Part shown: positions 26,564-36,004 of the stretch, piece by piece
Numbering within the stretch: position 1 is the stretch's first letter
How the letters are laid out: each line of letters starts with the position of its first letter
Origin: an uncultured Parabacteroides sp.
GTDB taxonomy: Bacteria > Bacteroidota > Bacteroidia > Bacteroidales > Tannerellaceae
Assembly: GCA_964542435.1 (NCBI GenBank)
Contig: CAZIVE010000004.1
Coordinates: 1 to 53,185 of the forward strand
DNA length: 53,185 bases
Reading direction: 5' to 3'
Translations under genes and position numbers: made by a program
The notes under the pieces: generated by a model
Told to the model about the DNA's origin: nothing
Databases searched by the model: none
Seen by the model: only the letters and a program-made list of their open reading frames with translations

Positions 26564-27577
26564 ATGCAAATGAAAGGAATAAAGAAAAATGTATTGCTGT
26601 TGCTACTGCTGATGTTTGTTGGTAGCAACGCCTTTGCACAGAAGACGCTGATAGATGTTTCCATGGATCCATCTTCTATACTTATTGGCGAGCAGACAGT
26701 GATACATCTCTCAATAACTACCGATCAGAATCATCCCGTTCTCATTGCTGTACCTACTGATACATTGATGCAAGGTGTAGAAGTGGTCAGTATGTCGAAA
26801 CGGGATACGTCGAAGATCGAAAATAACAGGCAGGTCATCAAGCAGGATATTCTTGTAACCTCATTTGATTCGTCTCTGTATCTGTTGCCTCCATTCAAGG
26901 TGATTGATGGTACAGACACAGTCTTGTCAAAACAGATCGCTCTTAAAGTCTCTACAGTTCCTGTGGATGTGAATCATCCGGAGAAGTTTTACGATATTAA
27001 AGATGTATGGAAACCGCCTTTTGTGTTGGCAGACTATTATCCGATCATCTTTGGCATATTGTTGGCTTTGTTCCTGATCTGTGCAGCTGTTTACATTATC
27101 AAACGGATCCGTAGTCGTAAATCTCTGATTCCGTTCAAGAAGGCAGCACCGAAACTTCCGCCGGATGAGTTGGCTTTGAAAGAGCTTGACGAAATCCGTC
27201 AGAAGAAGCTTTGGCAGCAAGGAAGAAATAAGGAATACTACACGCAGATTACCGAAACACTTCGTCGCTACATGGTGGATCGCTTCGGCTTAGGTGCTAT
27301 GGAAATGACATCGGCCGAGATTTTGGAAGTGTTGCGTAGCAATGAAGAGGCTAAGCCTGTTTATGACGCTTTGAAACAGATTCTGGAGTTGTCAGACTAT
27401 GTGAAGTTCGCCAAGATGAACCCGCTGCCCGATGAGAATGATTTGAGTTTGACACATGCATATACATTCGTCAAAGAGACAAAGCCCAAAGCTCCTGAAG
27501 TACCTGAAGAAGATGCAGAGAAGCCAGAAGACATCTCAAAACCGACGGATAACTCCATTAAAAACAAGGAAGAATGA
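26564..27577 (+). CDS. Bat-operon membrane protein of unknown function (DUF4381-like position)
   Basis: The ORF is 337 aa with a signal peptide and one internal TM helix (YYPIIFGILLALFLICAAVYII). It occupies the conserved slot between DUF58 and batA. The assignment is positional only. Confidence 0.45.
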   Translation: MQMKGIKKNVLLLLLLMFVGSNAFAQKTLIDVSMDPSSILIGEQTVIHLSITTDQNHPVLIAVPTDTLMQGVEVVSMSKRDTSKIENNRQVIKQDILVTSFDSSLYLLPPFKVIDGTDTVLSKQIALKVSTVPVDVNHPEKFYDIKDVWKPPFVLADYYPIIFGILLALFLICAAVYIIKRIRSRKSLIPFKKAAPKLPPDELALKELDEIRQKKLWQQGRNKEYYTQITETLRRYMVDRFGLGAMEMTSAEILEVLRSNEEAKPVYDALKQILELSDYVKFAKMNPLPDENDLSLTHAYTFVKETKPKAPEVPEEDAEKPEDISKPTDNSIKNKEE

Positions 27578-28563
27578 TAACGTTCGCAAATCCTCTATAT
27601 TTATATCTGTTGCTTCTTCTGATCCCGCTGATAGCGTGGTATATCTACAAGTTACGTCGCAATCAAGCCAGCTTGCAGATATCTACGGCCGCTCCATTTG
27701 AATCGAAGAAGGCAACTTCATGGAAAGTGTACTTGCGGCATGTCCCATTTGTGCTGAGAATGTTGGCAATTGCAGTGTTGATCGTTGTGCTTGCTCGTCC
27801 TCAATCCACGAACAGTTGGCAACAGTCCACGACGGAAGGAATTGATATCATGATGACGATGGATATTTCAAGCAGTATGTTGGCTCAGGATTTGAGACCG
27901 AATCGTCTGGAAGCCGCTAAAGATGTAGCTTCAGCTTTCATTGCCGGACGTCCTAACGATAATATCGGTTTGGTCGTTTTCTCCAGTGAAAGCTTTACGC
28001 AATGTCCTTTGACAACCGATCATGGCGTATTGCTGAATCTCATGAATAATATCCAAAGTGGAATGATAGAAGATGGCACTGCTATTGGTTTGGGACTTGC
28101 TAATGCAGTAAGTCGTATCAAAGACAGCAAGGCAAAGTCGCGTGTGATCATTCTTTTGACGGATGGTTCCAACAATGCGGGAGAGATTGCTCCTGTCACT
28201 GCTGCCGGAATTGCGAAGACATTCGGAATCCGTGTCTATACCATCGGTGTTGGAACAAGAGGCACAGCTCCTTATCCATTCCAGACGGCATTTGGCGTTC
28301 AATATCAGAATATTCCGGTAGATATTGATGAACCCACATTGAGACAGATTGCTTCGACAACGGGTGGTGAATACTTCCGAGCAACCGATAATTCCAGCTT
28401 GAAACGGATTTATTCGGAGATCGATAAGATGGAGAAGTCCAAGATAAGTGTGCAACAGTATAGCAAGAAATCAGAGGATTATATGAATTATGCTCTTGTG
28501 GTTTTGGCTCTGCTGCTTGTAGAGGTAGTAATGAAGAATACGGTATTGAGAAATATACCATAA
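27574..28563 (+). CDS. batA: VWA-domain membrane protein BatA
   Basis: The ORF is 329 aa with N- and C-terminal TM helices. It has VWA MIDAS motifs (TMDISSSM, LLTDGSNN). There is a 4-nt overlap with the upstream gene. Confidence 0.8.
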   Translation: MITFANPLYLYLLLLLIPLIAWYIYKLRRNQASLQISTAAPFESKKATSWKVYLRHVPFVLRMLAIAVLIVVLARPQSTNSWQQSTTEGIDIMMTMDISSSMLAQDLRPNRLEAAKDVASAFIAGRPNDNIGLVVFSSESFTQCPLTTDHGVLLNLMNNIQSGMIEDGTAIGLGLANAVSRIKDSKAKSRVIILLTDGSNNAGEIAPVTAAGIAKTFGIRVYTIGVGTRGTAPYPFQTAFGVQYQNIPVDIDEPTLRQIASTTGGEYFRATDNSSLKRIYSEIDKMEKSKISVQQYSKKSEDYMNYALVVLALLLVEVVMKNTVLRNIP

Positions 28564-28574
28564 ACTGAAAGCTT

Positions 28575-29597
28575 ATGTTTCGTTTTGCACATCCTGTTTT
28601 TTTATATTTACTATTTATACTTCCATTCCTGGTTGCATTCTACGTTTATGCCGTTATTCGGAAACGCAGAGCCATCAAGAAATATGGAAATCCTGCACTG
28701 TTGTCCAATTTGATGTCTGAGGTTTCTCCGAAACGTCAGTTCTTGAAATTCTGGCTCATGTTTGCGGCCATCACACTGGTGATATTTATTATCGCTGGAC
28801 CGCAATTTGGTACAAAGGTGGAAAATGTCAAACGTCAAGGCATCGAGGTGATGATTTGCCTCGACGTTTCCAATTCGATGCTTGCGCAGGACATTCAGCC
28901 GAATCGTTTGGAAAAAGCCAAACAGATGTTATCTAAGTTGACCGATAGTTTCTCCAATGATAAAGTCGGACTGATCGTGTTTGCCGGTGATGCATTTACT
29001 CAGCTTCCGATTACGTCAGATTATATATCTGCCAAGATGTTTCTTTCGTCTATCACTCCTTCAATGGTTCCGACACAAGGAACGGCCATTGGCGCGGCCA
29101 TTAATTTGGCAGCACGATCGTTTACTCCTAATGAGACTTCAGCGAAGACCATCATTCTGATTACGGATGGTGAGAATCATGAGGATGATGCTGTCGGCGC
29201 TGCGAAGCAGGCTGATGGGAAAGGAATATCGGTAAATATTATTGGTATAGGTGATCTGAATGGTTCTCCGATTCCTGTTGGAAATTCCAACAATTACATG
29301 AAGGACAATCAGGGAAATGTGGTCATCACGAAGTTGAACGAACAGATGTGTCAACAGATTGCAAGTGCCGGTCATGGAATGTATGCTCGTGCTGATAATT
29401 CCAATTCTGCTCTCAAAGCATTGCAGAATCAGATCGGTAAGATGAAAAAAGTGGATATGAATAGTAAGGTCTATTCGGAATATGATGAACAATTCCAGGT
29501 ATTAGCTTGGATCGCTTTATTTATTCTTATTGTCGAATTCCTTACACTCGATAGAAAGAATCGTATTTTCAGAAAGGTGAAATTATTCACAAAATAG
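28575..29597 (+). CDS. batB: VWA-domain membrane protein BatB
   Basis: The ORF is 340 aa. It has MIDAS motifs (CLDVSNSM, LITDGENH) and TM helices at both ends. Confidence 0.8.
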   Translation: MFRFAHPVFLYLLFILPFLVAFYVYAVIRKRRAIKKYGNPALLSNLMSEVSPKRQFLKFWLMFAAITLVIFIIAGPQFGTKVENVKRQGIEVMICLDVSNSMLAQDIQPNRLEKAKQMLSKLTDSFSNDKVGLIVFAGDAFTQLPITSDYISAKMFLSSITPSMVPTQGTAIGAAINLAARSFTPNETSAKTIILITDGENHEDDAVGAAKQADGKGISVNIIGIGDLNGSPIPVGNSNNYMKDNQGNVVITKLNEQMCQQIASAGHGMYARADNSNSALKALQNQIGKMKKVDMNSKVYSEYDEQFQVLAWIALFILIVEFLTLDRKNRIFRKVKLFTK

Positions 29598-29609
29598 GAC
29601 AGAAGAGAT

Positions 29610-30347
29610 ATGATATATTTGCGTAAATCGATAATGATATTGCTGACACTTACACTGTTCAGCGGATTCGCATTCTCTCAGAAGGCGGAACGTAAGAATG
29701 TGCGGGCAGGTAATAAAATGTATCAGCAAAAGAAATATACGGAAGCCGAGATTGCCTATAGAAAAAGTCTGGTGGTAAACCCTCATTCTATAGAAGGTAC
29801 CTACAATTTAGGTAATTCACTATATCGGCAGAAAAAGTATCCCGAAGCTGCCCAGCAGTATCAAGCTCTTGCAGCACAAGGTGAGAAAATGGCAAAGACG
29901 CCGGAAGGTCGTGCTCGTCTGGCTCAGCTCTTTCATAATGTGGGTAACATTGGAATGCAGAATAAGGAATATGATAAGAGTGTTGCCGCATACAAACAAT
30001 CTCTTCGTTTGAATCCTAAAGACGATCAGACACGTTATAATTTGGCTTTGGCACAGAAATTGTTACAAAATCAACAGAATCAAGATAAGAGTAATAACAA
30101 TAAAAACAAGGACAAGAAGGACAATCAAGATCAGAAGAATCAGCAACAACAGCAACAGCAGCAGCAAAATAACGATAACAAGCAGAACAAAACCGAACAG
30201 CAGAAGCAGCAGAATGAGCAGATGAGTAAAGACAATGCTCAGCAAATGCTTGATGCTTTCCTGCAGGACGAGAAGGACACTCAGGAAAAGGTTAGAAAGG
30301 CTCAAGCTCAACAGCAACGAAATCGTCATATTGAGAAGCAGTGGTAA
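29610..30347 (+). CDS. batC: TPR-repeat protein BatC with a Gln/Asn-rich C-terminal region
   Basis: The ORF is 245 aa with a signal or anchor sequence. TPR-like repeats include YNLGNSLYRQKKYPEAAQQY and YNLALAQ. The low-complexity tract reads QNQQNQDKSNNNKNKDKKDNQDQKNQQQQQQQQQNNDNKQNK. Confidence 0.65.
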   Translation: MIYLRKSIMILLTLTLFSGFAFSQKAERKNVRAGNKMYQQKKYTEAEIAYRKSLVVNPHSIEGTYNLGNSLYRQKKYPEAAQQYQALAAQGEKMAKTPEGRARLAQLFHNVGNIGMQNKEYDKSVAAYKQSLRLNPKDDQTRYNLALAQKLLQNQQNQDKSNNNKNKDKKDNQDQKNQQQQQQQQQNNDNKQNKTEQQKQQNEQMSKDNAQQMLDAFLQDEKDTQEKVRKAQAQQQRNRHIEKQW

Positions 30348-30379
30348 TTCTTTTGATTTATGGTTGGTAAATAAGAAGT

Positions 30380-32215
30380 ATGAAACAGATGTTCAGAAAA
30401 ATAGTGTTCTTTTTCATGGCAGTTCTGGCTTTTGCCTTTAGCGCGAAAGCCGACAATGTTGTTTTCAGAGCTTCTGCTCCTGACGCAGTTGTTCAAGGAG
30501 AACAATTTCGACTTACATACACTGTCAACGCTGAAGGAAGAGACTTGAGAGCCAAAGAACCGCAAGGTTTCGATGTGCTTATGGGACCGTCACAATCGAC
30601 ATCCTATAGCAGCAGTTGGGTGAACGGAAAAAGTTCAAGCGAGACTTCTGTAAGCTATACTTATATTTTAGTTGGCAACAGAACAGGTAAATTTAATATT
30701 CCTGCTGCAACAATCAAAGTGAAAGGTGCAACGTACACTTCGAATGCGCTTACGATTAATGTCCTTCCACCAGATAAATCTTCTTCGCAGTCCAGCGGTA
30801 GCAGTTCTCGCTCGAACTCCTCTTCGAGGAGCGCTTCTGTTTCTAATGACCGACTCTTTGTCACTATGAATGTCTCTAAAAGAGATGTATATGAACAAGA
30901 GGGAATTCTTGTCACTTTTAAAGTGTATTCATTGGAGAATTTCCAGATAAGTGATTTGAAATATCCGGAGTTTGAAGGCTTCCTGGTTCAAGAAATAGAA
31001 CTGCCTCAGCAGAAACAGCTGACATTGGAACGGCATAACGGACGAAATTATGAATCTGCCGTGATGCGACAAGTTGTACTTTATCCTCAACATGCAGGAC
31101 AAATTGTCATCAAGCAGGGACGTTTTGATGCTACAGTACGTATTCGTATGCAGTCTCAAGGCGGAGGAAGCATCTTTGATGACTTCTTCGATACCTATAG
31201 AGATGTGAATAAAACATTGACCACAGCTCCTGTCACTATCAATGTCCGTCCGCTTCCAAGTGGCAAACCTGCTTCTTTCAACGGATCGGTTGGATCTTTC
31301 TCGATGACTTCTCAGTTGAGTTCCAACAATGTAAAGACAAATGATGCCGTCACGCTTCGCATTAAAATCTCAGGAAACGGAAATGTCAAGCTGATCAAGA
31401 ATCCTGAAGTGAAATTCCCTAACGATTTTGATGTCTATGATCCGAAAGTAACTTCAGATATTCGCACAACGACAGCCGGAGTCAGTGGAAGCAAGACTAT
31501 CGAATATATGGCCATTCCTCGTTATGCCGGTGATTTTGATATTCCGGCAGTAGAATTCTCCTATTTCGATATCGCTTCACATTCTTATAAGACATTACGC
31601 ACGCAGCCTTACAAACTTCATGTGGAGAAAGGCAAGGGCGGCGGTTCCGGATCAGTCGTTTCCAACTTTAACAATAAGGAAAGTCTTAAGTACTTAGGCA
31701 AGGATATCCGTTATCTTAAGACGGGAGGTTTCCATTTCATCCAGAAGAATGATCTGTTCTATGGTTCATTGCTCTATATGCTTTGGTATCTTATTCCTGC
31801 TATTTTGTTCGTCATATTCTTCGTGATTTACCGCAAACAGGTGAAAGAGAATGCCAATATTGCACTCGTCCGTACGAAGAAGGCCAATAAGACGGCTGTC
31901 CGCAGGTTGAAGAATGCCGGCAAATTGATGCGGGATGGAAAGAAAGAGGAGTTCTATGACGAAGTATTGAGAGCCCTTTGGGGTTATCTGAGTGACAAAC
32001 TCAGCATACCACAGGCTGAATTGACGAAAGACAACGTTGAAGCTGAGCTATCTAAATATGGAGTCGATGAGAATTTGATTAACGAGTTTATGGATATTTT
32101 GAATACATGTGAATTTGCACGTTATGCACCTTCACAGGCTTCAGATGCCATGGACAAATTATATGAGTTGACAGTTGATGCCATTGGTAAAATGGAAAAT
32201 ACAATAAAGAAATAA
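30380..32215 (+). CDS. batD: BatD-like oxygen-tolerance protein
   Basis: The ORF is 611 aa with a signal peptide, a Ser-rich linker, repeated beta-rich domains, and one TM helix near the C-terminus (LLYMLWYLIPAILFVIFFVIY). Operon position supports the call. Confidence 0.65.
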   Translation: MKQMFRKIVFFFMAVLAFAFSAKADNVVFRASAPDAVVQGEQFRLTYTVNAEGRDLRAKEPQGFDVLMGPSQSTSYSSSWVNGKSSSETSVSYTYILVGNRTGKFNIPAATIKVKGATYTSNALTINVLPPDKSSSQSSGSSSRSNSSSRSASVSNDRLFVTMNVSKRDVYEQEGILVTFKVYSLENFQISDLKYPEFEGFLVQEIELPQQKQLTLERHNGRNYESAVMRQVVLYPQHAGQIVIKQGRFDATVRIRMQSQGGGSIFDDFFDTYRDVNKTLTTAPVTINVRPLPSGKPASFNGSVGSFSMTSQLSSNNVKTNDAVTLRIKISGNGNVKLIKNPEVKFPNDFDVYDPKVTSDIRTTTAGVSGSKTIEYMAIPRYAGDFDIPAVEFSYFDIASHSYKTLRTQPYKLHVEKGKGGGSGSVVSNFNNKESLKYLGKDIRYLKTGGFHFIQKNDLFYGSLLYMLWYLIPAILFVIFFVIYRKQVKENANIALVRTKKANKTAVRRLKNAGKLMRDGKKEEFYDEVLRALWGYLSDKLSIPQAELTKDNVEAELSKYGVDENLINEFMDILNTCEFARYAPSQASDAMDKLYELTVDAIGKMENTIKK

Positions 32216-32218
32216 GAC

Positions 32219-32986
32219 ATGAAGAAGATCATTCTTTTAAATAGTATTCTCTTTTTGATGCTTGTTCAGTGTTTTACGGGAATGGCTTATGCGCAAAACT
32301 CAGCCATTCAGAACGCGGAGATGGCCTATCAGAAAGAAGATTATAACAAAGCCGTACAATTATATGAGAGTCTGCTCAAGACGCAAGGTGAGTCTGCTTC
32401 AGTATATTATAATTTAGGTAATGCCTATTATAAGTTAGGTAAGGTCGCACCTTCCATTCTCAACTATGAACGTGCTCTCTTACTGAATCCGGGAGATGCT
32501 GACATCCGATTCAATTTACAGATGGCCAAACAGAAGGCGGTCGATAATATTGTTCCTGTTGGTTCTTTCTTCCTTGTGAATTGGTTCAATGCGGTGAAGA
32601 ATATGGGATCCGTCAATTCGTGGGGCAATTTAGGAATCGTGGCTTTCATTCTTTTTATCGGTTGTCTGATTATGTTCTTCTTCTCCCGCTGGATCAGATT
32701 AAAGAAGATCGCTTTTTATTCAGGTTTGTTCCTGATCGCTGTGGTCGTATTTGCCAATCTCTTTGCTCATGCTGAGAAAAGTGAATTGATCAATCGGACA
32801 CATGCCATTGTATTTAGTCCTACGGTTACGGTGAAGAGTTCGCCTGATGCAAGCGGAACCGATCTGTTCATTCTTCATGAAGGAGCGAAGGTTCGCATCA
32901 AGAGCGCTTTAGGAACATGGAGCGAGATTGAATTGGAAGATGGCAATGTAGGTTGGATGCCAAGTGTGGATTTTGAACGCATCTGA
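32219..32986 (+). CDS. batE: BatE-like TPR plus SH3-like domain protein
   Basis: The ORF is 255 aa. It has TPR motifs (YYNLGNAYYKLGK, NYERALLLNPGD), two TM segments, and a C-terminal SH3b-like region (GAKVRIKSALGTWSEIELEDGNVGWM). Confidence 0.6.
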   Translation: MKKIILLNSILFLMLVQCFTGMAYAQNSAIQNAEMAYQKEDYNKAVQLYESLLKTQGESASVYYNLGNAYYKLGKVAPSILNYERALLLNPGDADIRFNLQMAKQKAVDNIVPVGSFFLVNWFNAVKNMGSVNSWGNLGIVAFILFIGCLIMFFFSRWIRLKKIAFYSGLFLIAVVVFANLFAHAEKSELINRTHAIVFSPTVTVKSSPDASGTDLFILHEGAKVRIKSALGTWSEIELEDGNVGWMPSVDFERI

Positions 32987-32987
32987 C

Positions 32988-33680
32988 ATGTTGGAACAAC
33001 TGCTCGTTTGGGAACGTGACGCATTCTTCTTTTTAAACGGAAGTCATACGCCTTTCTGGGATCGCTTTATGTGGCTGTATTCCGGAAAGATGGTGTGGAT
33101 TCCAATTGTCTTGTTTATCCTTTGGGTGATTTTTTACAAGAAAAATTGGAGAGAATCGCTGTTCATTCTCTTAATGATCGTCTTGACTATTGTTTTGTGT
33201 GATCAGTTTGCTTCAGGCATCTGCAAGCCGTTGTTCACACGTCTCAGACCGACACACCATCCCGATTTTATGAACGAAGTGAAGACGGTATACGGATACA
33301 GAGGCGGAATGTATGGATTTATCTCCAGTCATGCCGCTAATGCTTTCGGTTTTGCAACGTTCCTTTCACTTCTGTTCAAATACAAACCCTTTACGTGGAC
33401 TGTATTTCTTTGGGCGACACTGAATGCATATACAAGAATCTATTTAGGCGTTCATTTTATTACGGATATCATTCCGGGAATCATTTCCGGCATTGCTTTC
33501 GGTTTTCTTGTATATTATATATATGTATCGCTTCATAAAAAATATGGCACCTATTTCACGGTGACAGATACGTCCGTTCTGTACACAACCAAAGAAAAGC
33601 AGTACGTCATATATGGAATTGTTGCGTCTGTACTTCTCATTGCCCTGTTGAGTAAGCCTTTGGTGGATATTCTTCGCTAA
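32988..33680 (+). CDS. PAP2-family lipid phosphatase (undecaprenyl-diphosphatase-like)
   Basis: The three PAP2 motifs are present: KPLFTRLRP, SSHAANAF and TRIYLGVHFITD. I prefer the start at 32988 (MLEQLLVWE), 1 nt after the batE stop, over the track start at 32964. Confidence 0.7.
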   Translation: MLEQLLVWERDAFFFLNGSHTPFWDRFMWLYSGKMVWIPIVLFILWVIFYKKNWRESLFILLMIVLTIVLCDQFASGICKPLFTRLRPTHHPDFMNEVKTVYGYRGGMYGFISSHAANAFGFATFLSLLFKYKPFTWTVFLWATLNAYTRIYLGVHFITDIIPGIISGIAFGFLVYYIYVSLHKKYGTYFTVTDTSVLYTTKEKQYVIYGIVASVLLIALLSKPLVDILR

Positions 33681-33800
33681 CATGTCATAAAGCATATTCC
33701 AGGATTCGTTAATTGAGGTCAAATAATTTGTTTCTTTCATTTTATCTTTCTAAGTTAGCGTCATAAATAATTATTGTAAAACCAAATAAAATTATAAGCC

Positions 33801-34091
33801 ATGACAAAGACAATCACATTTAACGAACTTAGGAGAATCAAAGACAGTCTTCCAGACGGAAGTACCCACCGGATTGCAGATGAAATGGGACTTATGGTGG
33901 AAACCGTACGCAATTATTTCGGTGGGTATAACTTTAAAGATGGACGTAGCTGTGGTATTCATATTGAACCAGGTCCCGACGGAGGTCTTGTCGTTCTCGA
34001 CGATACAACTATTTTAGATCGTGCCATGCAGATCCTTTCCGAAGCGAAAGCTAAAGAAGAAAAGGAGTCCGGTGTGACACCTGAAGCGTAG
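33801..34091 (+). CDS. Small hypothetical protein, possibly HTH-containing
   Basis: The ORF is 96 aa and isolated, and a terminator hairpin follows it. The region HRIADEMGLMVETVRNYF looks helix-turn-helix-like. I recognise no family. Confidence 0.4.
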   Translation: MTKTITFNELRRIKDSLPDGSTHRIADEMGLMVETVRNYFGGYNFKDGRSCGIHIEPGPDGGLVVLDDTTILDRAMQILSEAKAKEEKESGVTPEA

Positions 34092-34112
34092 CAAAGAACT
34101 ATAGCATTTACT

Positions 34113-34151
34113 AATCCCGCAGCCATATTTTATTACGACTTCGGGATTTTT
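34113..34151 (+). terminator. Intrinsic terminator candidate
   Basis: A perfect 7-bp stem (aatcccg / cgggatt) is followed by tttt. Confidence 0.5.
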
Positions 34152-34274
34152 CATTCTATAGGTATATTTTCCTTACATCTGTTCGTGATCGTTTACATAT
34201 ATAATAGATGTATCTACTGATTTTCGAACTTTTCGTCTATCTTGATTGTTCTAAATATACTAATACCTAAAGAT

Positions 34275-35387
34275 ATGGAAGACAAATTGGTAACATTAGC
34301 CATTCACACTTTTGAAAAAGCTCAAATCCTCAAGACACTATTGGAAACAGAAGGCATTGAGGTTTGCCTTAATAATGTGAATCAGATTCAGCCGGTCGTT
34401 TCAGCCGGCGTTAGAGTCCGCATTAAGGAAAGTGATCTACCGCATGCTTTGCGAATCATTGAAGACAGTAAATGTCTGGAAGAAGGCGAAGATTTGTCGG
34501 AAGAGGGTGAGAAGAAAGTCAAAGTGCTCATTCCGATTGACTTCTCTGATTATTCCATGAAGGCATGTGATCTTGGTTTTAATTATGCATCGAAAATGGG
34601 AGCTGAGGTGATGTTGATGCACGCCTATTTCAGTCCCTATTTCCCGTCCGCCATTCCGATAGGAGATACGATGGCCTATCAAATTGATTCAGAAGATGAG
34701 GTGGAGCATCTGCTTGACAATGTCACAGATGATATGAAGAAGATGTGCTCCAAGATCGATGAGAAGATTGAGACTGGCATCCTTCCGAAAGTGAAATACG
34801 ACTACATCATGCGTGAAGGACTTCCCGAAGAGGAGATCTTGAACTATGCGAAGATTTATAAACCAACGCTCATCATTATGGGAACGCGTGGCAAGAATCA
34901 GAAGGATATGGATCTGATCGGTAGTGTCACAGGCGAAGTGATCGAAGCCAATCGAGCTCCTGTGCTTGCCATTCCGGAACAATATCCCTATGCGAATCTC
35001 AACGAAATGCATGATGTGGCATTCGCCACGTCATTCAATCAGCGTGATTTGCTGGCTTTCGATGAGTTTATGAGTATCGTGAAAGATTACGATTTCAATA
35101 TTCATCTGTTTAATATTTCGACAAGTCATGATGAATGGAACGAAATCCGGCTTGCAGGAGTTAATGATTATCTTCACAAACAATATCCGGAAGCCAAGAT
35201 TACACATACGGTTTTAGCGGATGGAGATCTGCTTCTTGCCGTTGAAAAATTCGTATTGGAAAATAAAATTGATATGATTGCATTAAGCACTTATCGCAGA
35301 AGAATCCTTGCTCGAATGTTTAATCCGAGCATTGCAAGACGTATGTTGTTTCATACTGATACTGCGCTGCTTGTGATGCATTCATGA
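34275..35387 (+). CDS. Tandem universal stress protein (UspA) domains with a small N-terminal DUF2007-like domain
   Basis: I chose the start at the ATG at 34275 (MEDKLVTLAIHTFEKAQILK), because the track start at 34242 is a TTG. It has the Usp ATP-binding-type motif LIIMGTRGKNQKDMDLIGSVTGEVI and a second Usp-like half ending ALLVMHS. Confidence 0.7.
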   Translation: MEDKLVTLAIHTFEKAQILKTLLETEGIEVCLNNVNQIQPVVSAGVRVRIKESDLPHALRIIEDSKCLEEGEDLSEEGEKKVKVLIPIDFSDYSMKACDLGFNYASKMGAEVMLMHAYFSPYFPSAIPIGDTMAYQIDSEDEVEHLLDNVTDDMKKMCSKIDEKIETGILPKVKYDYIMREGLPEEEILNYAKIYKPTLIIMGTRGKNQKDMDLIGSVTGEVIEANRAPVLAIPEQYPYANLNEMHDVAFATSFNQRDLLAFDEFMSIVKDYDFNIHLFNISTSHDEWNEIRLAGVNDYLHKQYPEAKITHTVLADGDLLLAVEKFVLENKIDMIALSTYRRRILARMFNPSIARRMLFHTDTALLVMHS

Positions 35388-35522
35388 AGATTTTGAAAAT
35401 ATTATTGGCTTTAGTAAACAATTATATTGAATAATTGTTATACCTTTGAATATAAATTCTAGTCAATTCAAATTATTAGTAGTATTTGTTTTTTCATATA
35501 AGTAGAGTTTGTTATTTGTTTG

Positions 35523-35560
35523 GTCCGCGTTAAGCTGTGAAGTTTGGCGCGGACATTTTT
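35523..35560 (+). terminator. Intrinsic terminator candidate downstream of the usp gene
   Basis: A perfect 7-bp stem (gtccgcg / cgcggac) is followed by attttt. A T-rich tract also lies upstream, so it may act in both directions. Confidence 0.5.
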
Positions 35561-35658
35561 AATCATTCATTCATAGAATTTTAGAGATTTCTTTTGCTCC
35601 TTTGAATGAGTCTCAAAAATTCACGATTGAAATTCCTATCGAATCGGAAAGGAAAAAG

Positions 35659-35745
35659 TTTTAACCATGGTTGAATATTTTTTTCACAATAGTCCTAGAA
35701 AGTTTTAACCACGGTTGAAAATTATTTTAACCATGGTTGAAAATT
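35659..35745. promoter_or_regulatory. Three phased copies of a palindromic site, TTTTAACCATGGTTGAA(AA)
   Basis: The 10-bp palindrome aaccatggtt occurs at 35663 and 35729, and the one-mismatch copy aaccacggtt occurs at 35707. Spacings are 44 and 22 bp. Confidence 0.45.
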
Positions 35746-35892
35746 ATTTTCATCGTAAGGATTGAAAAATTGAAAGTATGAAATGAAAAGTTCAACCGAT
35801 GAATGCGGAAAAGTATGAGAAGAACTCCTGTGTCAATTCTTGCGTTGCTAAAGATTTCATGGCTTCTTCTTATCATTTAGGATTATAAGTAT

Positions 35893-35900
35893 TATCTTTG
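35893..35900 (+). promoter_or_regulatory. -7 promoter box (TAnnTTTG) for aspS
   Basis: tatctttg lies about 105 nt upstream of the ATG at 36005. Confidence 0.4.
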
Positions 35901-36004
35901 CTGTTAAATATAGTGAAGCGAGATGAAGCGTTCAAGGTGATGCACAAAGTACGTTGCATCAAGCTCATCGATACTTCACGGGAACAGAAGTTATAATTTA
36001 TTCT

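Noticed and set aside
30063-30329. An 88-aa Leu-rich ORF (LLLLLLLLL...) lies on the minus strand.
   Set aside because: It is the reverse complement of the CAG/CAA/AAC (Gln/Asn) tract of batC. The sense-strand gene has TPR motifs and operon context.
33444-33740. A 98-aa minus-strand ORF overlaps the 3' end of the PAP2 gene.
   Set aside because: It overlaps a well-supported gene, has no motifs, and shows AT-rich skewed composition. It is probably spurious.
35799-35888. A 29-aa small ORF (MNAEKYEKNSCVNSCVAKDFMASSYHLGL) lies in the usp-aspS spacer.
   Set aside because: I have no conservation, motif or expression evidence for it. It ends immediately before the aspS -7 box. It could be a leader peptide, but that is pure speculation.
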